DNA of 64,000 nucleotides from Betaproteobacteria bacterium HGW-Betaproteobacteria-1 (GTDB lineage Bacteria; Pseudomonadota; Gammaproteobacteria; Burkholderiales; Methylophilaceae): NCBI GenBank assembly GCA_002842435.1, contig PHCX01000004.1, positions 180,209 to 244,208 of the forward strand, read 5' to 3'. Shown piece by piece: positions 58,133 to 64,000 of this stretch (position 1 is its first letter; each line of letters starts with the position of its first letter). The notes under the pieces were generated by a model. It saw only the letters and a program-made list of their open reading frames with translations, ran no database searches and was not told where the DNA came from. The position numbers and the translations under genes were made by a program.

Positions 58133-59059
58133 TCAGGCCGATTTCAGATTCTTCGGCAGCTGGAACACCACGTTCTCGACGACGCCTTGCAGTTCAGTCA
58201 CTTGCGTTGCGCCGAGTTCCTGCAGTTTGGCGATGACTTCCTGTACCAATACCTCGGGAGCCGAGGCGCCGGCAGAGATGCCGACATGATGCTTGTCCAC
58301 GATCCATTCCGGTTTCAGATGGCTGGCGTTATCGACCATGTAGGCTTCCACACCCTGATTCTGCGCGACTTCGCGCAGGCGGTTGGAGTTGGAGCTGTTC
58401 GGCGAGCCGACGACGATGACCAGGTCGCAGTCTTTTGCCATGATTTTGACGGCATCCTGCCGGTTTTGGGTGGCGTAACAGATGCTGTCGCTGCGCGGCC
58501 CCTGAATCTCCGGGAATTTCCTTTTCAAGGCCTCGACGATGGCAGCGGCATCGTCGATCGATAGCGTGGTCTGGGTCACATAGGATAGCTTCGTCGGATC
58601 AGTGACCGTCAGTGCTTCTACATCATCAGGCGTTTCGACCAGGTACATGCCGCTGTCGGACTGGCCCATGGTGCCTTCGACCTCGGGGTGCCCCTTGTGG
58701 CCGATCATGATGATTTCGCGGCCGGCCTGGTGCATCTTGTCCACTTCGATATGCACCTTGGTGACTAGCGGGCAAGTGGCGTCGAATACGCGCAATCCGC
58801 GTTGTTCGGCCTCGGCACGTACGTCCTTGGAAACGCCGTGCGCACTGAAAATGACGGTGTTGCCGGCTGGCACTTCATCCAGTTCCTCGATGAAGATGGC
58901 CCCCTTGTTTTTCAGTTCGTCGACGACGAACTTGTTATGTACCACCTCGTGCCGCACATAGATCGGCGCGCCGAATTTTTCCAGCGCCTGTTCGACAATG
59001 ATGATGGCGCGGTCAACGCCGGCACAAAAACCGCGGGGGTTGGCGAGAATGATATCCAT
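58133..59059 (-). CDS. ispH: 4-hydroxy-3-methylbut-2-enyl diphosphate reductase
   Basis: [32 protein letters not shown]. Confidence 0.98.
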   Translation of the reverse strand: MDIILANPRGFCAGVDRAIIIVEQALEKFGAPIYVRHEVVHNKFVVDELKNKGAIFIEELDEVPAGNTVIFSAHGVSKDVRAEAEQRGLRVFDATCPLVTKVHIEVDKMHQAGREIIMIGHKGHPEVEGTMGQSDSGMYLVETPDDVEALTVTDPTKLSYVTQTTLSIDDAAAIVEALKRKFPEIQGPRSDSICYATQNRQDAVKIMAKDCDLVIVVGSPNSSNSNRLREVAQNQGVEAYMVDNASHLKPEWIVDKHHVGISAGASAPEVLVQEVIAKLQELGATQVTELQGVVENVVFQLPKNLKSA

Positions 59060-59075
59060 AAGAATCCAGAATTGA

Positions 59076-59990
59076 TTAATGACCCAGCCAGTGGGCGATA
59101 GTCAGCAGCAACAAGATACCCATCATCAGGAACAGCACGCGCCAGACCAGTCCGATGGCGCTTTGCAGGCAATCCGCGTCGGCCTCGTCGCCCAGCCCGA
59201 TTTCGGGCCTGTAGATGATGACCCCTTTGAAAGGCAGGGGTTCGCCGAGCTTGACGCCGAGAGCGCCGCCGCCGCTGGCAAGTATGATACCCAGTGCCTT
59301 GTTCGGCCAGGTGGCGGCTTGTGTACGCCAGCAATAGACGGCGTCTTCAAAATCGCCAACGATGGCAAAACATATTGCCGTGATACGTGCCGGCAACCAG
59401 TCTATCCACTCGAATATCTGCTCGGAAAAATGATTGAATACATTGTCTTCCAGCGGGTGCCACTCGGTCTTCAGCAGCTGGCTGAGACGATAGAGTACCG
59501 CGCCGGCCGGACCGAGCACGGCAAACCAGAAGACCGGGCCGAACAAGCCATGGTGTGCACGCTTCAGCGCAGTTTCTATGCTGACTCTGGCAAGTTGCGC
59601 CTGGCTGTAGTTGTCGGCATCACTGCCTTCCCATTCGTAGAATTGCTCCCGTGCCAGATCGATGTTCTGGTCGCGCAGGGAGGCGACGATCTGTTCGGCA
59701 CGGCGCTCGAACTGGCTGCAGCGCAGCGTGACATAAAGCACCACTATGCTGAACAGCAAGCCGAGCAGGAAATGAACGGTCAGCAGAACGAAATAGATCA
59801 CACCGATGATGACGGCAGGCAGCAGGGCGCCAGCGATCCAGGCAATCATGCCGTGCAGCTTCTTGCCATCATTGAAGCTGCGCTCCAGCCAGTGCGCATA
59901 GGGGTGCATCAGGTGCTGCAGCAGATCCAGCTGCCGGTGCGGCAGGTAATAGCTCAGCAGCAGGGTGGCAAGCAGCGCAAGTAGACTCAT
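59076..59990 (-). CDS. CobD/CbiB-family membrane protein
   Basis: [36 protein letters not shown]. Confidence 0.8.
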   Translation of the reverse strand: MSLLALLATLLLSYYLPHRQLDLLQHLMHPYAHWLERSFNDGKKLHGMIAWIAGALLPAVIIGVIYFVLLTVHFLLGLLFSIVVLYVTLRCSQFERRAEQIVASLRDQNIDLAREQFYEWEGSDADNYSQAQLARVSIETALKRAHHGLFGPVFWFAVLGPAGAVLYRLSQLLKTEWHPLEDNVFNHFSEQIFEWIDWLPARITAICFAIVGDFEDAVYCWRTQAATWPNKALGIILASGGGALGVKLGEPLPFKGVIIYRPEIGLGDEADADCLQSAIGLVWRVLFLMMGILLLLTIAHWLGH

Positions 59991-60538
59991 GAGCCGTTGC
60001 TCCAGCCGGTTTTTGCCACCGGCAGGCTGTCTTCCAGCGGCATTTCTACATGCAGCACACTGGCTTCGACGATTTCCAGCGTCGGCAGGTGCAGTGTCGT
60101 GTTGTGCTGTTCCGAATAATCAAGCAGCGCGGAATAGGCTTTGCCGTAGGCGAACAGCGGGTGCGCCTTGATCTCGGCAATGACGACCTTGCGTAGCGGG
60201 ATGGTGTCGATCTTCAATGGTGCTGCCGGCATCTTGTCCTTGGCAATGAGGTATCCGGTGCGCGCCTGCAGTTGCTTGTATGGCGTAGTTCTGGGGTCGG
60301 ACAGGATCAGCGTGATCTGTGCGCCGGCTTCGATGCCCTGCTGTTTCAGGGTGAACAAGACCTCGCCCTGCTTGGAAGTGAGTTTGGAATAGGGGCCTTC
60401 CGCTTCCAGATATGCATAGTAGTAATCGCCACGCTCGCCGGTCTCAATTCTGGCTGATGAAAACAGCCCCCACCACCAGAGGATGACAATCACAGGTAGC
60501 AGGAAGACGATCAGAAAATAGTGCCAGTGTTTTTTCAC
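59987..60538 (-). CDS. Membrane-anchored protein, probable GyrI-like effector-binding domain
   Basis: N-terminal TM then YAYLEAEGPYSKL, DPRTTP, GKAYSAL; GTG start. Confidence 0.55.
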   Translation of the reverse strand: MKKHWHYFLIVFLLPVIVILWWWGLFSSARIETGERGDYYYAYLEAEGPYSKLTSKQGEVLFTLKQQGIEAGAQITLILSDPRTTPYKQLQARTGYLIAKDKMPAAPLKIDTIPLRKVVIAEIKAHPLFAYGKAYSALLDYSEQHNTTLHLPTLEIVEASVLHVEMPLEDSLPVAKTGWSNGS

Positions 60539-60707
60539 GAGAAACGGGCGACGCGGTCTGCGTCAGCAGATAAATGGATACCGTCAAAAGATACCACAAT
60601 CCGGCGCAGACATGCACAAACCGGTGCCGGAAAAACTGCGCTTGCAGGCATTGTTGGTATAATTGGCCGGTTCCTGAATTTCAGGTGGCTTCAAGCACGG
60701 TTCAAAC

Positions 60708-61562
60708 ATGAAAAATACTGCAACACTTCTGATTACATGCCCGGACCAGAAAGGTCTGGTTGCTGCGATTGCTGATTTTCTTTATCGGCATGACGCCAAT
60801 ATCCTGCATGCCGATCAGCATCAGGATGCCGAGAACAACCTGTTTCTGATGCGGGTAGAGTGGGATCTGGAAGGCTCCACGCTCAGCCTGGATGGTTTTG
60901 CCGAGGAGTTCGCACCTATTGCCAGCCGCTTCGATATGAACTGGCAGTTGAAATCCACGCAAAAACGCCCGCGGGTGGCCATCATGGTGTCGCAATACGA
61001 TCACTGCCTGGCCGACTTGTTGCACCGCCACCAGAGCGGAGAGCTGAACTGCGAAATCCCGCTTATCATCAGCAATCACCGCCATACGGAAAAGCTGGCC
61101 GAATTTTACGGCATCCCTTTCCACTACATTGAAGTGAACAAGGACAACAAGGCGCAGGCCGAGGCACAGCAGTTTGCCTTGTTCGACCGGCACGAGATAG
61201 ACCTCATTGTGCTGGCGCGCTACATGCAGATCCTGTCGCCGGATTTCGTCAAACGCTATCCGCAACGCATCATCAATATTCACCATTCATTCCTGCCAGC
61301 CTTCATCGGCGCGCGGCCATACCATCGTGCCTTTGAGCGCGGTGTCAAGCTGATCGGCGCCACCAGCCACTACGTTACCGAAGTTCTGGACGAAGGCCCT
61401 ATCATCGAACAGGACATCACCCGTATCTCGCACCGCGAGCAGGTGGACGACCTGATCCAGAAAGGTCGCGACCTGGAACGTGTGGTGCTGTCGCGCGCTG
61501 TGCGCTGGCATATCGAAAACCGCATCTTGGTCTATGCCAATAAGACGGTGGTGTTCGACTGA
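60708..61562 (+). CDS. purU: Formyltetrahydrofolate deformylase
   Basis: ACT domain CPDQKGLVA, VLARYMQILS, INIHHSFLPAF, GATSHYVT, DEGPIIEQ. Confidence 0.97.
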   Translation: MKNTATLLITCPDQKGLVAAIADFLYRHDANILHADQHQDAENNLFLMRVEWDLEGSTLSLDGFAEEFAPIASRFDMNWQLKSTQKRPRVAIMVSQYDHCLADLLHRHQSGELNCEIPLIISNHRHTEKLAEFYGIPFHYIEVNKDNKAQAEAQQFALFDRHEIDLIVLARYMQILSPDFVKRYPQRIINIHHSFLPAFIGARPYHRAFERGVKLIGATSHYVTEVLDEGPIIEQDITRISHREQVDDLIQKGRDLERVVLSRAVRWHIENRILVYANKTVVFD

Positions 61563-61578
61563 TGCTTTAGAAAAAGAG

Positions 61579-61612
61579 AACAAAAAAGGAGGCCTCGGCC
61601 TCCTTTTTTGTT
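61579..61612. terminator. Bidirectional terminator between purU and lysA
   Basis: AACAAAAAAGGAGGC-ctcg-GCCTCCTTTTTTGTT. Confidence 0.9.
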
Positions 61613-61692
61613 GATGCAATTGCTTGAAATAAAGTTTCAGGTAGTCAGCAAACAAAGGCCTGTTCGTTGTCGAGCTTTGTTGTTCGCTTTTG

Positions 61693-61723
61693 TTTTCTCT
61701 GTGAACTCTGTGCGCTCTGTGGC
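61693..61723 (-). repeat. Solitary second copy of the CACAGAG element arm
   Basis: Reverse complement GCCACAGAGCGCACAGAGTTCACAGAGAAAA matches 43660-43690 at 30/31 nt; 7 nt past the lysA stop. Confidence 0.85.
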
Positions 61724-61730
61724 TGGGATG

Positions 61731-62978
61731 TCAGTCCTTCAGCACGGATTCAAGCGCGTACAGTTGCTCGATGCTCTCGCGCTGACGGATCAGGTGGTGC
61801 TGGTTACCGTCCACCATGACTTCGGCGGCACGCGGACGTGTGTTGTAGTTTGAACTCATGCTCATGCCGTAGGCGCCGGCCGACATGATGGCCAGCAGGT
61901 CGCCTTGCAGCAAGGCGAGTTTGCGGTCATGGCCGAGAAAGTCGCCGCTCTCGCAGACCGGGCCGACTATCTCGTAGGTTTGTGCTTCGCCTTCGCCGGC
62001 GGTCACTGGCAGGATGTCGTGATAGGCGTCATAGAGCGCAGGGCGCATTAGGTCGTTCATCGCCGCATCGACGATGGCGAAGTTCTTCGCTTCGGTGTGC
62101 TTCAGATATTCCACCTTGGTCAGCAGCAGGCCGGCGTTGCCGACCAGCGCACGACCCGGTTCGAACACCAGCTTGACCTTGCGATTGCCGAGTTTCTGCA
62201 GCATGGCTTGTGCGTAGTCGGCAAAATCTGGCGGAGTTTCATCCTGATAGCAGATACCGATGCCGCCACCGGCGTCGATGTGCTGGATATGGATGCCCGC
62301 CGTTTCGAGCTGGTCGACTAATGCCAGTACGCGGTCGAATGCATCCAGAAACGGCGAAAGCTCAGTGAGTTGCGAGCCGATATGGCAATCGACGCCATGC
62401 ACTGCGATGTTCGGCATCGCTGCGGCACGCTGGTAAAGACTGAATGCATCTTCATAGGCCACGCCGAACTTGTTGTTCTTGAGGCCGGTGGAAATATAAG
62501 GATGGGTCTTGGCATCCACATTCGGATTCACGCGTAGTGAAACCGGCGCGCGCTTGTCCATTTCACCGGCGATCTGGTTCAGGCGCTCCAGTTCAGCGGC
62601 GGATTCGACGTTGAAGCAGAAGATGCCGGCATTCAGCGCGGCGCGCAGTTCGTCCGCAGTCTTGCCGACGCCTGAAAACACCACCTTGGCCGGGTCGCCG
62701 CCCGCCGCCAGCACGCGTGCCAGCTCGCCGCCGGAGACGATGTCAAAACCGGCGCCCAGTCGGGCGAACAGGTTGAGGATGGCGAGGCTGGGGTTGGCCT
62801 TGACGGCGAAGCACACCAGATGGTCGCTACCGGCAAAACCGGCCTTGAATTCTGCAAATGCGGTTTCCAGTGCCTGCCGCGAATAGACGTAGCAGGGCGT
62901 GCCATACGTGCTGGCGATATCGGTCAGTGCGACATTTTCGGCATGCAGCATGCCGTTCTTGCTATGGAATGAATTCAC
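61731..62978 (-). CDS. lysA: Diaminopimelate decarboxylase
   Basis: FAVKAN, HIGSQ, EPGR, GPVCESGD, GAYGMSMSSNYN. Confidence 0.98.
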   Translation of the reverse strand: MNSFHSKNGMLHAENVALTDIASTYGTPCYVYSRQALETAFAEFKAGFAGSDHLVCFAVKANPSLAILNLFARLGAGFDIVSGGELARVLAAGGDPAKVVFSGVGKTADELRAALNAGIFCFNVESAAELERLNQIAGEMDKRAPVSLRVNPNVDAKTHPYISTGLKNNKFGVAYEDAFSLYQRAAAMPNIAVHGVDCHIGSQLTELSPFLDAFDRVLALVDQLETAGIHIQHIDAGGGIGICYQDETPPDFADYAQAMLQKLGNRKVKLVFEPGRALVGNAGLLLTKVEYLKHTEAKNFAIVDAAMNDLMRPALYDAYHDILPVTAGEGEAQTYEIVGPVCESGDFLGHDRKLALLQGDLLAIMSAGAYGMSMSSNYNTRPRAAEVMVDGNQHHLIRQRESIEQLYALESVLKD

Positions 62979-63009
62979 GTGTCTTGTCGTTTCGAGTGCT
63001 GTGTTTGGG

Positions 63010-63159
63010 TCAAGGCTGTTCCAGGGGTTCTTCTTCCTGTGGTGCCGGTCTGGGCTGGCTATCCTGCGGATACTGTCGTTCCGGGATATAGAGAGGGCCC
63101 TTGGTACCGCATGCGGTCACCAGCAGGCACAGCAGAATTGAAAGGCAAAAAGGTCTCAT
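63010..63159 (-). CDS. lptM: 49-aa lipoprotein, LptM/YifL family (not in ORF track)
   Basis: Hand translation MRPFCLSILLCLLVTA/CGTKGPLYIPERQYPQDSQPRPAPQEEEPLEQP; CGxKGPLYxP signature; usual position before lysA. Confidence 0.82.
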   Translation of the reverse strand: MRPFCLSILLCLLVTACGTKGPLYIPERQYPQDSQPRPAPQEEEPLEQP

Positions 63160-63324
63160 CAGTGTCATTATCCTTAAAAACCGGATACTAACATAAACCG
63201 ATGTTTTGACAGGAGGCCGGACCCGGATTACCGTTCATCCGTTATCCGAAACCGGTTGTCAGTTTCGGGTGGATTTCAGGAAGTTTTTAGAGCAGCATAC
63301 ATTCAGCGTAAAAGGGGATTAAAA

Positions 63325-63762
63325 ATGGTTCACTGTAAATCAGAAAGAGGATTCACCTTGATAGAGCTGATGATAGTGGTCGCTATCATTGGCATCATTT
63401 CGTCGATCGCCTTTCCTGCCTATCAAGACTATGTCGCACGCGGCAAGATTACGGAAGCAACTTCCGGGCTGGCTGATTTGCGTATCAAGCTTGAGCAGTA
63501 CTACCAGGACAACAGAACCTATGTCGGTTACGTCGATGCCGGCTGCAATCTCACCAGTAACGGCAACCCTGCGATCAGTTCAGACAACTTCGGCTTTGCC
63601 TGCGTAGTTGATGCCGATACCTATACGATTACCGCAACCGGTAGCGGTACGGCAGGCATGACCGGCTACAGCTACGATATCAATCAGAGCAATGTCAAGA
63701 ATTCCACTGTGCCTGGCGGTAGCGGTGCGTGCTGGATCATGAAGAAGGGCGGCTCATGCTAG
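63325..63762 (+). CDS. pilE: Type IV minor pilin, PilE-like
   Basis: RG/FTLIELMIVVAIIGII, YQDYVARGK, LEQYYQDNRTY. Confidence 0.85.
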   Translation: MVHCKSERGFTLIELMIVVAIIGIISSIAFPAYQDYVARGKITEATSGLADLRIKLEQYYQDNRTYVGYVDAGCNLTSNGNPAISSDNFGFACVVDADTYTITATGSGTAGMTGYSYDINQSNVKNSTVPGGSGACWIMKKGGSC

Positions 63763-64000
63763 CTGGCAACATCATGCGCGGGCAACATGGCTTCAGTCTT
63801 GTGGAGATGATTATTACTGTTGCGATATTGGCGATCATTGCGGCAATTGCCGTACCTAGTTTTACGAATATGATCCAGAACACCCGAATCCGTACTGCGG
63901 CTGAGTCGATTCAGAACGGCTTGCAGGTGGCGCGTGCCGAGGCTGTCAAGCGCAATGCCAAAGTGAAATTCCAGTTGAGTGATGTAGATAGCAGTTGGGT
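63756..64000 (+). CDS. FimT/GspH-type pilin, truncated by the window end
   Basis: Hand translation MLAGNIMRGQHG/FSLVEMIITVAILAIIAAIAVPSF...LQVARAEAVKRN; start 63756 or 63774. Confidence 0.85.
   Translation, partial: MLAGNIMRGQHGFSLVEMIITVAILAIIAAIAVPSFTNMIQNTRIRTAAESIQNGLQVARAEAVKRNAKVKFQLSDVDSSW

Overview
Bacterial chromosomal window. A Fae-family gene, purU, the pcm-tolC pair and a split-type nrdJ suggest a methylotrophic betaproteobacterium, probably Methylophilaceae-like (inference). From left to right it holds: the distal half of a Tad/Flp pilus locus; a class II ribonucleotide reductase (NrdJa type, with an NrdR box but no adjacent nrdJb); waaA; a visibly AT-richer block of about 8.7 kb (DUF2339-type fusion protein and a TonB-receptor/YfiR/CHASE8-HAMP-GGDEF-EAL trio); isochorismatase-tolC-pcm; and an accessory region of about 23 kb (20841-43636). 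That region contains a sensor kinase with a sigma54 activator and two near-identical -24/-12 promoters. One promoter precedes a porin plus small periplasmic protein. The other precedes a tightly packed 11-gene run: GNAT-like thermostable-hemolysin family, AMP ligase, heme-oxygenase-like diiron enzyme, SDR, TPR, methyltransferase, InaA kinase, LTA-synthase, PAP2, cytochrome b561 and a second LTA-synthase. The region ends with a His-rich HAPP-ending leader ORF whose stop region can pair with the Shine-Dalgarno of a CzcCBA-type efflux operon. After it come a 144-bp inverted-repeat element, TPP riboswitch-thiC, housekeeping genes, an orphan GspE/PilB ATPase with four MshEN-like motifs, a Fae paralogue, ispH, purU, lysA and the start of a minor-pilin operon. 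Three small ORFs missing from the supplied track were found by hand. I saw no rRNA, tRNA, CRISPR array, integrase or transposase. Family names come from motif recognition, not database searches.
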